Of a stretch of DNA of 64,000 nucleotides, positions 6,875 to 16,302 are shown in pieces (position 1 is the stretch's first letter; each line of letters begins with the position of its first letter). Below the pieces are notes generated by a model. The model saw only the letters and a program-made list of their open reading frames with translations, did no database searches and was not told the DNA's origin. Both the position numbers and the translations under genes were made by a program. Source of the DNA: Candidatus Aminicenantes bacterium (GTDB lineage Bacteria > Acidobacteriota > Aminicenantia > Aminicenantales > Aminicenantaceae); NCBI GenBank assembly GCA_011772475.1, contig WVZK01000094.1, positions 1,323 through 65,322 of the forward strand, in the 5' to 3' direction.

Positions 6875-9031
6875 TTAACTGGATTCGAGGATGATTCTGG
6901 CATCGACGATAGCGCAGCCTTTTCCTTTCTCGTAAACAAAAAGTGGGTTTATATCCAGCTCTTTTATTTCCTCAAAGTCTGTAACGAGCTGAGATAGTCT
7001 TTTCAAACATTCGGAAACCGTTTTTATGTCGTAAGCCGGCTCACCTCTAAATCCTTCCAGGATTTTATGAGTTTTTGTTCTCATGATCATCATGTCTGCT
7101 GTGAGTTCCCGAATAGGAGCAAGCCTGAAGGAGACATCCTCCAGGGCTTCAACATAAATTCCGCCCATGCCAAACATCAGAATGGGTCCAAACTGAGAAT
7201 CTCTGCTCATCCCCAGAATAATTTCCTTTCCCTGTGAAGCCATTTCTTCTACAAGCACACCTCTAATTTTTGCTTTTGGTTTTTTTGTCAGGACATTTTT
7301 AAGGATTTTTTCGTAAGCCTGACCGACCTCTTTTTTATTATTCAAGTTTAGTCTTACTCCTCCGAAGTCAAATTTATGGAGGATATCCGGAGAGGCGATT
7401 TTCAGAACTACAGGAAAGCCGATTTTTTGGGCTGCGTTTGTTGCTTCTGTTTTGTTTCTCGCCAGCGAGGACTTGACTACAGGGAAGTTATAAGCTTTAA
7501 GAACCTCATAAGATTCGTGCTCCAACAGGAAAAATCGGCCTTCTTTTTTGACTGTATTAATGATTTTCTTGGCCTTGGCTTTATTTACGCTGAATTTTTT
7601 AATCCCAGTTTTAGGGCGGTTGAGCCACCAGTTGAACTTGGTCATTTCAGAGAGTACGCGGGCTGCTGATTCAGGAAACCTGTAAGAAGGAATTCCGTTT
7701 TCTTCCAGGATCTCGATTCCTGAAGATACATCATAAACTCCCAAGAAACTGCACAAGACTGGCTTTTGGAATTTCTTAGCTGTTTTAACTATGGAATCCG
7801 CAATCTTATCCACGTCTGTAAAAGATGTAGCAGTCAGGATAATGATAGCCGAATGGACGTTTTTGTCTTTCAGTATTTCCCTTAGAGTTACCTCATACTG
7901 TTCATGTTGGGCTTCTGCGATTAAATCAACTGGATTATTTAAACTTGCTTGAGGAGGGAGATTCGCCTTTAATACTTTTAATGTATTTTGGCTAAAGGGA
8001 GCAATATTCAGACCATGGCGAATGCAGGAGTCAGTGGCTAATATGCCCGGTCCTCCCGAGTTTGTGATGATGGCCACGTTTTCTCCTTTTGGCAAAGGCT
8101 GGCTGGAGAAAGCTTTGACATAATCGAAAAGCTCTTCCAAGGTCTCTCCCCTGAGCACACCGCACTGGCTAAAAATGGCATCGTAAACTCTGTCAGAACC
8201 AGCCAGTGAGCCGGTGTGAGAAGAAGCGGCTTTGGCGCCTAACAGAGTGCGTCCTGCTTTAAGGGCGATGATCGGTTTGGGATTCGTAGGGCTGCTGGTG
8301 ATATCGCGAGCTATTCTCATGAACTCTCTTCCGTTGACAAGATCCTCAAGATACATCAAGATGACGTCTGTTTTCGGATCATTTTTTAGGTAGAGCAAGA
8401 GTTCATTCTCAGTCAGGCCTGCTTTATTCCCCATGCTGATGAATTTGGAAAAACCGATGTTGGACTCTTTGGCGTAATCAAGAACTGCTACGCAGAGAGC
8501 GCCGCTTTGTGAGATGAAAGCAATATTTCCCTCTTTGGACATCGGGGTACCGAATGTAGCGTTCATGGATGACTCAAGGTCAGTATTCATAACACCCAGA
8601 CAGTTTGGTCCTACAAGAGAAATATCATACTTCTGGATAATCTTTTGGACCCTTTTCTCCAGTTCTATTCCTTCTCCTCCTATCTCCTTAAATCCGGCTG
8701 AGATGACTATGGCTCCTTTGATCTTCTTCTCCCCGCATTCCTCGAGAACTCCCGGGACAAAGCGTGAAGGGACAATGACTATAGCCAGGTCCACTTCATC
8801 AGGTATATCCATCACTCGGGGGTAACATTTTATTCCGAGGATTCCTTTGGCCCGCGGATTAACAGGATAGACGATTCCCTGGAAGCGGCTATCGATTATG
8901 TTGGCAAGAAGGGCTTGTCCAACAGAGCCTTGCTGTCTTGAAGCACCGATGATGGCCATTGATTTTGGATAGAAAATAGAGCTAAGTTTACTGACTTTCT
9001 TATCTTGTTCCCTTGATTTTTCCATTGGCAA
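6875..9031 (-). CDS. ADP-forming acetyl-CoA (acyl-CoA) synthetase, fused alpha-beta form
   Basis: 718 aa. CoA-binding N-terminus MAIIGASRQQGSVG, then GPNCLGV, ISQSGAL, SSHTGSLAG, and a C-terminal ATP-grasp part. The domain order is typical of NDP-forming acyl-CoA synthetases. Confidence 0.9.
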   Translation of the reverse strand: MPMEKSREQDKKVSKLSSIFYPKSMAIIGASRQQGSVGQALLANIIDSRFQGIVYPVNPRAKGILGIKCYPRVMDIPDEVDLAIVIVPSRFVPGVLEECGEKKIKGAIVISAGFKEIGGEGIELEKRVQKIIQKYDISLVGPNCLGVMNTDLESSMNATFGTPMSKEGNIAFISQSGALCVAVLDYAKESNIGFSKFISMGNKAGLTENELLLYLKNDPKTDVILMYLEDLVNGREFMRIARDITSSPTNPKPIIALKAGRTLLGAKAASSHTGSLAGSDRVYDAIFSQCGVLRGETLEELFDYVKAFSSQPLPKGENVAIITNSGGPGILATDSCIRHGLNIAPFSQNTLKVLKANLPPQASLNNPVDLIAEAQHEQYEVTLREILKDKNVHSAIIILTATSFTDVDKIADSIVKTAKKFQKPVLCSFLGVYDVSSGIEILEENGIPSYRFPESAARVLSEMTKFNWWLNRPKTGIKKFSVNKAKAKKIINTVKKEGRFFLLEHESYEVLKAYNFPVVKSSLARNKTEATNAAQKIGFPVVLKIASPDILHKFDFGGVRLNLNNKKEVGQAYEKILKNVLTKKPKAKIRGVLVEEMASQGKEIILGMSRDSQFGPILMFGMGGIYVEALEDVSFRLAPIRELTADMMIMRTKTHKILEGFRGEPAYDIKTVSECLKRLSQLVTDFEEIKELDINPLFVYEKGKGCAIVDARIILESS

Positions 9032-9075
9032 TAAACCTCTTTAACCTATCATTTGAGGGAGTAAGCTTCCCCTTT

Positions 9076-9771
9076 TTATTTTTGATCCTCAGAGCTTATT
9101 GCTTTTAGCACATTCTCAAGGAATTTTTCTTCTGGAACGGCACCATCTAAGAATATATTCTCGTTTATTACTGTCTTTGGAACTCCAAAGACGTTATACT
9201 TATGTGCAACGTGGGGAAATTCAGTGGATTCGACCATATCAGCCCTAATTCGAGGAGACTCTAGAGCAAACTGATGGCCTAAATGGACAACTAGAGGACA
9301 ATAGGGGCAGGTAGGAGTTACAAAGACCTGGATGTGGATATCTTTGTCAATAGTTTTTAAAGCATCTTTGGTTTTTTGACTCAGGCCGGTCTGCCCTTTG
9401 GAGACATCAAGGATGGCTTCAATAAGGCTTGCGTACTCGTATCCAGAAGGGATTCCGAAAAATCTTATGCCATAATCTTTCTGGCCCAAGATGATCGTAG
9501 CCGGAATCTTATCTATCCCGTACTCTGCTGCTTTTTCTTTATCCCCGCTAAAATCATAAATCATAAGCTCTATTTTATCAGAGAGAGCGCTGACCTCCTT
9601 CAGCAGTTCTCTTGTTTCCTTGCAAAAGACACATTCCTGTCCTTTGAGATGGTCAGGAACGATCAATCGACTGGGTTCCTGTGTAAACAGGAGGAGAGTT
9701 ACGTTATCTTTCATCTCCTCATCGAGTTTTTTCTTTGTTGCTTCAACGACTTCTTTGTTTAGTATTTCCAT
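9076..9771 (-). CDS. protein disulfide oxidoreductase (glutaredoxin-like, two thioredoxin folds)
   Basis: 231 aa with two CxxC sites (CVFC in the N-terminal unit, CPYC in the C-terminal unit). Size and layout match the PDO family known from thermophiles. Confidence 0.8.
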   Translation of the reverse strand: MEILNKEVVEATKKKLDEEMKDNVTLLLFTQEPSRLIVPDHLKGQECVFCKETRELLKEVSALSDKIELMIYDFSGDKEKAAEYGIDKIPATIILGQKDYGIRFFGIPSGYEYASLIEAILDVSKGQTGLSQKTKDALKTIDKDIHIQVFVTPTCPYCPLVVHLGHQFALESPRIRADMVESTEFPHVAHKYNVFGVPKTVINENIFLDGAVPEEKFLENVLKAISSEDQK

Positions 9772-10012
9772 ATATTTACTTCCTGTTTGTTTTTAAACAT
9801 TTTAATTCTGTCTGCTCGAAAAATCAACAAATCGATAGAGTTAGCAAGCATCTCCATCTTTGCTATCAGATAAGATTTTGGGAAATAACCTAGCTCCCTT
9901 CAGATTTTTAAGATTTTAACCTTTGCTTGGATAGAAAAATTTGATTTATCAAACTCAAGTTTGTAGCATAATAGGTTCTCTCTAAGGAAAAGAATGAAAG
10001 GAAGATGAAGCT

Positions 10013-10450
10013 TTGGCGGAAAAAGTAAAAGTGAGCTGCCCAAACTGTGGAGCCACTAACAACTATCCTCTGGGTGTTAGCGGGAAAAAAGTTATCTGCG
10101 GGCGCTGTAGATATACTCTTCCAGAGCCGGGGAGTGTGCTTGAGCTTTCTGCAGTTCAGGCTCCCGGATTTTTCCAGAATTCTAAACTCCCAATTCTTGT
10201 AGATTTTTTCTCGCCGACATGCGCACCTTGCCATATGATGCATCCTGTAGTGGAGAGGTTTGCCAAGAGAAGAGCAGGAGAAGTCATGGTGGTTAGGATT
10301 AACGTGGATTTGCATCCTCAACTTGCGGCCGAATTTAGCGTACAGGGTGTTCCGACATTTGTTATTCTTTATAAAGGTTACGAGAGGGGTAGGACGAGTG
10401 GCGCTCTTCCTGAGGCAGATTTTGGCCTGTGGGTTGCGAATAAAATATGA
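10013..10450 (+). CDS. thioredoxin with N-terminal zinc-ribbon (Trx2-like), CAPC active site
   Basis: 145 aa, TTG start. A CPNC...CGRC zinc ribbon is followed by a thioredoxin fold with FFSPTCAPCHMM and a GVPT cis-Pro loop. Confidence 0.8.
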   Translation: MAEKVKVSCPNCGATNNYPLGVSGKKVICGRCRYTLPEPGSVLELSAVQAPGFFQNSKLPILVDFFSPTCAPCHMMHPVVERFAKRRAGEVMVVRINVDLHPQLAAEFSVQGVPTFVILYKGYERGRTSGALPEADFGLWVANKI

Positions 10451-10554
10451 ATAGAATCTGTAGAAAGTAAAAAAAAGTTTTAAAAAATGAGAATTTCCAA
10501 ATATAATAAAAAGTTATAAACGGAAAATTATGAGTAAAATTCGGGAGGGAAAGT

Positions 10555-11556
10555 ATGAGAAAGATGCTGACCTTAAATCGCCGCGAATTCATCAAAGGAT
10601 CTGTCATAGGTTTGGCAAGTTTGCCTGCATTAAGTTTTAATCCTTTGACTGCAAAAGAAGAAGGCCAGAAAGCTAAAATCGTTCTTTTTAAAACTCAGGA
10701 CAGGAAGGAAGGAGTTCAAAAAGTTTTAGAGCTTTTGGATTTCGCTTCTGTTAAAGGCAAAGAAGTTATGGTGAAGCCTAATTTCAATACCGCGGACCCG
10801 GCGCCTGGTTCGACTCATAATGATACTTTGAGCCAGTTAATTGAAGAACTCCAGGCGAGGGGAGCTTCAGAAATAACTATCGGAGAAAGGAGCGGTCCAC
10901 CCTCAACCAAGAGTGTTTTAGAAGATAAGGGAATTTTCAAACTAGCCCAAGAATTAAGCTTCAAGATTATAAATTTTGAAGATCTGGAAGAAAAGAATTG
11001 GGTACATTTTAATCCTCCAGGAAATCACTGGAAAGATGGGTTTTACATAGCACGTCCAGCTGTTGAATCCGAGTACGTTGTTTCTACCTGTTGCCTCAAG
11101 ACGCATCAATACGGAGGTGTCTTCACTATGTCGATAAAATTAGCGGTAGGCTTAACTCCCAAGAAGTTGATGAGAGAACTGCATGGTGAGAGGCATAACG
11201 CCATGAGGAAAATGATTGCTGAAATAAACCTTGGTTATAAGCCTCAGTTTATTATTCTCGACGGAATCGAGGCTTTTGTTGATGGAGGCCCCTCAAGAGG
11301 AACAAGAAAAGAAGCTAACGTTTTCCTAGCAGGAAAGGATCGTATTGCCCTGGACGCTGCAGGAGTGGCAATCTTAAAGCAACTCGGTTCGAACGAAGCC
11401 ATAATGGGACGTAAAATCTTTGAACAAGAACAGATTAAAAGAGCAGTTGAATTAGGTTTGGGGATAAGCAAGCCTGATCAGATTGAGTTTATAACTCCAG
11501 ATAAAGCAAGCCGCGAGTATGCCCAAAAGCTAAAATCAATTCTCGCCCAGGGCTGA
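10555..11556 (+). CDS. DUF362 domain protein with twin-arginine signal
   Basis: 333 aa. Tat motif NRREFIKGS. The body (KIVLFKT...VKPNF...) is recalled as DUF362. GGGAGG lies 5 nt upstream of the ATG. Confidence 0.7.
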   Translation: MRKMLTLNRREFIKGSVIGLASLPALSFNPLTAKEEGQKAKIVLFKTQDRKEGVQKVLELLDFASVKGKEVMVKPNFNTADPAPGSTHNDTLSQLIEELQARGASEITIGERSGPPSTKSVLEDKGIFKLAQELSFKIINFEDLEEKNWVHFNPPGNHWKDGFYIARPAVESEYVVSTCCLKTHQYGGVFTMSIKLAVGLTPKKLMRELHGERHNAMRKMIAEINLGYKPQFIILDGIEAFVDGGPSRGTRKEANVFLAGKDRIALDAAGVAILKQLGSNEAIMGRKIFEQEQIKRAVELGLGISKPDQIEFITPDKASREYAQKLKSILAQG

Positions 11557-11612
11557 TTTTTCTTCAAGATCCATTCGCAAAACCCTAAAAAGAATTACCA
11601 CATTTAAGACCT

Positions 11613-11958
11613 AGGTTTTGGGAAATAGCTGAAGCGACCATAGAAGAAAGGCTCAGGCTATATGGCTCAAAAACACGTTGCTTTTGCCCCAGCGAGTCAA
11701 AAGCAACTCGGATCAAGGCTTCGCTCTCCTCTCCTGCCGTCGAGGAACCATGCCCGCTCAGCCTTTCTCACGGTTTTTTTACCATACAGCCTTCGCCTGG
11801 CCAGCAAAAAATGGGGCCTGGCCCCATTTTTCGCAAGGGAACCCGACAGAGTCGGGCGGCGAGTATGTCTGAGCGGAGCGAGTTATGCAGCCGCCGAGAA
11901 GAACGAATGGAGAATGGCGTTAAAAATCTGATTTATAGCGAGGCTGTTCCCAAAACCT
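11613..11958. repeat. repeat-dense, locally GC-rich non-coding island bounded by inverted copies of AGGTTTTGGGAA
   Basis: The left arm aggttttgggaaatagc is at 11613-11629 and the right arm gctgttcccaaaacct at 11943-11958 (12 nt exact inverted match). The interior holds several hairpins (ttgcttttg...caaaagcaa at about 11677-11708, cccgac-agag-tcggg at about 11841-11856, cggcggc...gccgccg at about 11856-11896), a family-1 palindrome, and a 29-nt unit shared with 6746-6774. Confidence 0.5.
11807..11831. terminator. family-1 palindrome AAAAATGGGGCC-T-GGCCCCATTTTT
   Basis: Perfect 12+1+12 palindrome with an A run upstream and a T run downstream. It lies 250 nt 3' of the DUF362 gene. Confidence 0.45.
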
Positions 11959-12049
11959 TTTTATTTTCCTTTACATTTTGAATGTATTTTATTAATATCC
12001 GTAAAAAAATAAGCAGATTATAAATAATCCTGTGAAATAAAAAGAAGAA

Positions 12050-12625
12050 ATGAGCTTTTACGAATTGATTCTTTCAAGAAGGTCGATACGTCAGTTCAAG
12101 CCTGAACCTGTTTCAACGGAAATTTTAGAAAGGCTTGTCAACGCTGCGCGATTAGCGCCGTCGGCCGCCAATCTCCAACCCCTTGAGTTTATCATTGTCG
12201 CTGAACCCGAATTTAGAGAGAAGCTCTTTCCTTGTTTGAAATGGGCAGGTTATATTGCCCCAGAAGGTAATCCTAAACCAGGGCATGAACCCGTCGCTTA
12301 CATTGTCGTTCTTGTAAATTTAAAGGTGAGGGATAAAGGGTATGAATGGGATGTGGGAGCAGCCGTTGAAAACATGATTCTTACCGCTTGGGTGGAAGGG
12401 ATCGGGAGCTGTTGGCTTCTATCTTTTGAAAGGGATAAAATTCAAGAAATGCTAAAAATTCCTGTGAATTATAAAATTGACTCTGTCTTGGCTTTAGGAT
12501 ACCCTGATGAGAAACCTGTGGTGGAGGATATGGAGGACTCCTTAAAATATTGGAAAGACAAGCAGGAATGCCTTCATGTTCCCAAGAGAAAGTTAAAAGA
12601 TATAATTCATTTTAATATTTTTTGA
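12050..12625 (+). CDS. nitroreductase family protein
   Basis: 191 aa. N-terminal RRSIRQF motif, PSAANLQP, typical size. Confidence 0.85.
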   Translation: MSFYELILSRRSIRQFKPEPVSTEILERLVNAARLAPSAANLQPLEFIIVAEPEFREKLFPCLKWAGYIAPEGNPKPGHEPVAYIVVLVNLKVRDKGYEWDVGAAVENMILTAWVEGIGSCWLLSFERDKIQEMLKIPVNYKIDSVLALGYPDEKPVVEDMEDSLKYWKDKQECLHVPKRKLKDIIHFNIF

Positions 12626-12700
12626 TTGATATTTCATGAAAGTAACACCAAGCTTAAATAATGAGAATGATATTATGTTATACATACTTAGATTAAATAA

Positions 12701-12765
12701 AGGTGGGCTTGGTAAATCAAGCCCCTACATTAATATAAGTGGGCGTTATGAATCCAGCCTTTATA
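12701..12765. repeat. family-4 hairpin repeat (GGTGGGCTTGGTAAATCAAGCCCCTACA) plus a degenerate second copy
   Basis: Copy 1 is at 12701-12729 (stem gggcttg/caagccc). A degenerate copy aagtgggcgttatgaatccagcctttata is at 12737-12765. Related copies are at 43272-43379 and 51565-51614. Confidence 0.6.
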
Positions 12766-12823
12766 GAATTCTCTATTTTCCAAGGGGTATTAACTAATAT
12801 AGAGGCAAAGAGGAGGACAAGAA

Positions 12824-12970
12824 ATGCGAATCCTTGGCTTGGTATTATTGATCGGTGGCTTTCTCGTAAGGATATTTACCCAGTCAGCATCCATGGACAT
12901 CCTTGCTTGGGTATTGATGGGATTGGGGGTTGTAGTTGTTATGATTTCTTATTTGACTAAGAAAAAATAA
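12824..12970 (+). CDS. possible small hydrophobic protein (48 aa), below the ORF-track cutoff
   Basis: MRILGLVLLIGGFLVRIFTQSASMDILAWVLMGLGVVVVMISYLTKKK has two predicted TM helices. A strong AGAGGAGG lies 7-8 nt upstream of the ATG. Confidence 0.4.
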   Translation: MRILGLVLLIGGFLVRIFTQSASMDILAWVLMGLGVVVVMISYLTKKK

Positions 12971-13200
12971 AAAAGAAAATAATAATAGATTACGTCCTTA
13001 CTGCCCGGCTTCGGTCATTCCGATGGTTTTAATTAGCAGACCGGAGAGGGCACTGCAAAAGTCGAAATCTTACCTAAAACATTTCCGTATCAGCCATTAT
13101 TCCCCTTAAATTTCCTGAGATGGCCATTGCTAAAAAGACAGACGCTCTATCTCTTTTCAAACCAAAGCTAAATGCTTCCGTGGGAAAATCTCTGAAATAA

Positions 13201-16200
13201 TCAGATGTGGTTGCTTTGGAACCCAAAGAAAGACTTGATCTTAGTCCTTACGGTATCCGAGATGGAGTAAAAAGTAGGCAGGAAGATTAACGTAAAAAAG
13301 GTTGAGGTGGTCAGCCCGCCGATAATGGCCACGGATATAGGCGCCCACATCTGTGCTCTGCGTCCTGCAGCCTCAAAGAATTGGGGCAGAAGGAAGGGGA
13401 GTGCCAACGGCAGCACACCAAAAATAGTCGTGATGGCCGTCATGATGATCGGCCGCATCCTATCTTTGCCTCCCTGGACAATAGACTCTTTCTTGCCCAT
13501 CCCTGATTTGCGGAGCGTCCGGATGTGATCGATGAGTATAATCCCGTTGTTTACCACAATCCCGAACAGAACCAAGAGCCCCAAATAGGAAGTGGTGTTC
13601 AAGGTGATATTCGTGAGGGAGAAAAACACAGCTACACCGAACAATGCCAAAGGAACGGTCAGAAGAATTGTAAAAGGATGCACGAAGGACTCGAACAGCG
13701 AGGCCATAATGATGTAGATGAAGATAAGGGCGAGAACGATGGCCATATTGGATTCACCCCGGGATTCGCGGAAACGTCTCCAGCCCGAGCCCAAGCTCCA
13801 CGAATAGCCTTCGGGGAATTGGATAGTATTCATGACCTGGCGAACGTCGTTGGAGATAGCCATCATGCCCTCTGTTTTTGTATTGATCCGTATGTTCAAT
13901 TTGGATTTTTTATTTTCTTTCTGGATCGAGGTTGATCCCAAACGGTAGGAAATGGACGATATGGCTGAGAGGGGAATTCGTCTAGAGCGGGTTCGCAGGC
14001 TTATATTACGGAGGTCCTCTTCAGTAAACTCGTCATCACCCTGGATTTTTAGAATGATGTCGATCTCTCGATTTTCTGTTTTAAACTTTCCGATGGCTCT
14101 TTCAGATAGCGAGGAGGAAACTGTCTGGGCTACCATTCGGCTGCTTACACCTGAACTCTCTGCTTTGGCCCGGTCCACCTGGACCAAAAGCTGCGTGTCT
14201 CCACCCTCCAAGTCACTGGTGATATCCTCTACGTTTTCGATCGCCCTCAGCTTTTCGATAACCATCGGGGCCAGTTCGGTTAGTGTTGTGTAATCCAGAC
14301 CGATCAATTCCACTGAAATTCCGCGGTGGAATCCGTGGCGGCCCCAGCGCTGCCCGTATTCGTAGGTTATTCCGGCCCGCCTGGGCAGAAGTTTCTTAAG
14401 GCTTTCTTTGATTTCGGTAACTGACGGTCCTTTTTCTTCCAATTCCAGCTCTATTGACCCGCGGAACCGTCCCTGCCGCCAATGCCGCACGCCGAAATCG
14501 GTCTCAAGATATTTGATAGCCAGTTCCTCCTTGCGAGAAAGGAGGATATCCTCGATATTAAAGAAAAGGGCTTTCATCTCGCTCAGAGTGAAACTGCGCG
14601 GCATAAAGACAGAGATATCTATCTCCCGTTGGTCGCTGCTTGGCATGAACTCCTGCTCGATATTCTTGAACATCTGGAAGGAGACGAAAAAGATCCCGAT
14701 GGCCAGACCGACAACAAGAAGTTTGGTCTTCCAGTTCTTAATGGTGAAACTGATGATACGCTCGTAAATCGTTGTTAATTTAACCAGCCAACGAGCTTTC
14801 TCTCTGGTTTTACCGGCCAGCAGTCTGCTTCCTGCCAGCGGAATGAATGACAGGGAAACTAACAGGGAGGCGATCAGGGCCAGGGAGATAGTCAGAGCAA
14901 AGTCCTTCATGAAGCGCCCGAATCCCGCCCTCGACATGAAGCCCAGCGAGATAAAAACGACCAAGGTTGTTAGAGTGGAAGCGGTGACAGCCATGGCCAC
15001 CTCACTGGCTCCAGTCATAGAGGCTTTTATCGGAGAATAATTCTTCTCTTGACGCAGCCGAAATATGTTCTCCAGAACCACGACGCTGTTATCCACCAGC
15101 ATTCCCACCGCCATCATCAGTCCGCTGAGGGATATGATGTTGATCGAGACATCAGCTCGGAAAATGTCGCGATAAAGGTACATAAAACTGAAAGTAAAGA
15201 CCATGGCCATGGGGATAGCCATAGCGATAATGATAGTGGAGCGCATTTTTCTCAAGAAAAACAGAAGCACAAAAACGGCTAGAAGACCACCGACGATCCC
15301 GGAAAGGGACAGGTCTTTTAGACTCTTTAATATATCCCGCGATTGATCACGGTAGAAAATAACGGTCATGTCCTTGAGCTCAGGTTCTGTCTCTTTGATC
15401 CGCGCCATGGTCGCTTTGACGTTGTTGCAAACATCCACGATGTTGGCGTTGGAAGCACGGTAGACTTGGAAGCGAACAGTCTCTTTCCTGTCCAGGCGGT
15501 TATATTCTTCTTTGGGAGGGTAATCGTAGGTCACGCGAGCAACGTCGGCGATAGTGAGACCTTTGTCGCTGACAGGAAGATTTTTCACATCCTCAAGAAT
15601 CTTCAGTTCCCCTGGTATGCGTGTCACCAAGCGCAGAGGGCCTTCTTCTACATAACCGGCTGATATGTTGATATTGTTATTGCGGATTGTGTCAATCAAG
15701 TCCATGATGCGGATAGATGAAGAATAAAAAACTTCGGGTTTAAGGTAGATAGTCAATACTTTATTGCGGATTCCCCGGGTTTCAACATTGGCCACACCTT
15801 CTATCCTTTCCAGCTGCTGCATGATGTAATTTTCGGACCAATAATACAAATTTTCCAGGTCGCCCGGTAAAGCGAGGCTGAAGTGGATCACAGGCCGGTC
15901 GCTCATAGAGAAGCGGCGAATTCGAATGTTTTCGATGTCATCGGGGAGGTCGTTCCTGATCTGGTCGATTTTATCTCGGATCTGCATCATAGCCAGATCC
16001 ATGTTTGTGTCTCCCTTAAACTGAAGATGAATACGCGAGGATGAGGATGATGAGGAGGAGCTGAGATTCTCGAGATTGTTGATAGTGGCCAGGACATCTT
16101 CTAAGGGTCTGGTGATGGTGCGTTCCACCTCCTCGGGAGAGGAGGAAGGATAAGGGATTTGCACCATAAGTCCTGGGAAGGAGGTATCGGGCATCATTTC

Positions 16201-16302
16201 CAGGGGAAGTTTGAGTATAGATATCACCCCGATGGTGATGAAAATAAGCATGGCCACAATGATGGAAACTGGCTTTTTTATGGAAAATTCAGGTAGATTC
16301 AT
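13201..16302 (-). CDS. RND efflux permease (AcrB/HAE family), second of two
   Basis: 1033 aa with a 12-TM/two-large-loop layout and typical N-terminus FSIKKPVSIIVAMLIF. The start overlaps the upstream stop by 4 nt. Confidence 0.9.
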   Translation of the reverse strand: MNLPEFSIKKPVSIIVAMLIFITIGVISILKLPLEMMPDTSFPGLMVQIPYPSSSPEEVERTITRPLEDVLATINNLENLSSSSSSSSSRIHLQFKGDTNMDLAMMQIRDKIDQIRNDLPDDIENIRIRRFSMSDRPVIHFSLALPGDLENLYYWSENYIMQQLERIEGVANVETRGIRNKVLTIYLKPEVFYSSSIRIMDLIDTIRNNNINISAGYVEEGPLRLVTRIPGELKILEDVKNLPVSDKGLTIADVARVTYDYPPKEEYNRLDRKETVRFQVYRASNANIVDVCNNVKATMARIKETEPELKDMTVIFYRDQSRDILKSLKDLSLSGIVGGLLAVFVLLFFLRKMRSTIIIAMAIPMAMVFTFSFMYLYRDIFRADVSINIISLSGLMMAVGMLVDNSVVVLENIFRLRQEKNYSPIKASMTGASEVAMAVTASTLTTLVVFISLGFMSRAGFGRFMKDFALTISLALIASLLVSLSFIPLAGSRLLAGKTREKARWLVKLTTIYERIISFTIKNWKTKLLVVGLAIGIFFVSFQMFKNIEQEFMPSSDQREIDISVFMPRSFTLSEMKALFFNIEDILLSRKEELAIKYLETDFGVRHWRQGRFRGSIELELEEKGPSVTEIKESLKKLLPRRAGITYEYGQRWGRHGFHRGISVELIGLDYTTLTELAPMVIEKLRAIENVEDITSDLEGGDTQLLVQVDRAKAESSGVSSRMVAQTVSSSLSERAIGKFKTENREIDIILKIQGDDEFTEEDLRNISLRTRSRRIPLSAISSISYRLGSTSIQKENKKSKLNIRINTKTEGMMAISNDVRQVMNTIQFPEGYSWSLGSGWRRFRESRGESNMAIVLALIFIYIIMASLFESFVHPFTILLTVPLALFGVAVFFSLTNITLNTTSYLGLLVLFGIVVNNGIILIDHIRTLRKSGMGKKESIVQGGKDRMRPIIMTAITTIFGVLPLALPFLLPQFFEAAGRRAQMWAPISVAIIGGLTTSTFFTLIFLPTFYSISDTVRTKIKSFFGFQSNHI

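Noticed and set aside
11662-11931. The 89-aa and 64-aa ORFs here and the 75-aa ORF at 6712-6939 share the peptide FLTV(L/F)(S/L)PYSLR(H/L)A, suggesting a small protein family.
   Set aside because: The shared peptide is produced by the 29-nt DNA repeat unit read in opposite orientations next to a palindrome. There is no RBS, and the ORFs overlap hairpins and are Arg/Ser/Ala-rich junk. I treat them as translation artefacts of repeats.
12739-12960. 73-aa GTG-initiated ORF from the ORF track.
   Set aside because: It starts inside a degenerate family-4 repeat and lacks an RBS. An alternative-frame 48-aa ORF (12824-12970) with a strong RBS explains the region better.
16036-16064. Run of nine serines (SSSSSSSSS) in the periplasmic loop of the second RND permease.
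   Set aside because: It is a simple GAG/GAT-type trinucleotide-like tract on the opposite strand. I see no evidence of function or phase variation (the length is a multiple of 3 and in frame). I noted it only as low-complexity sequence.
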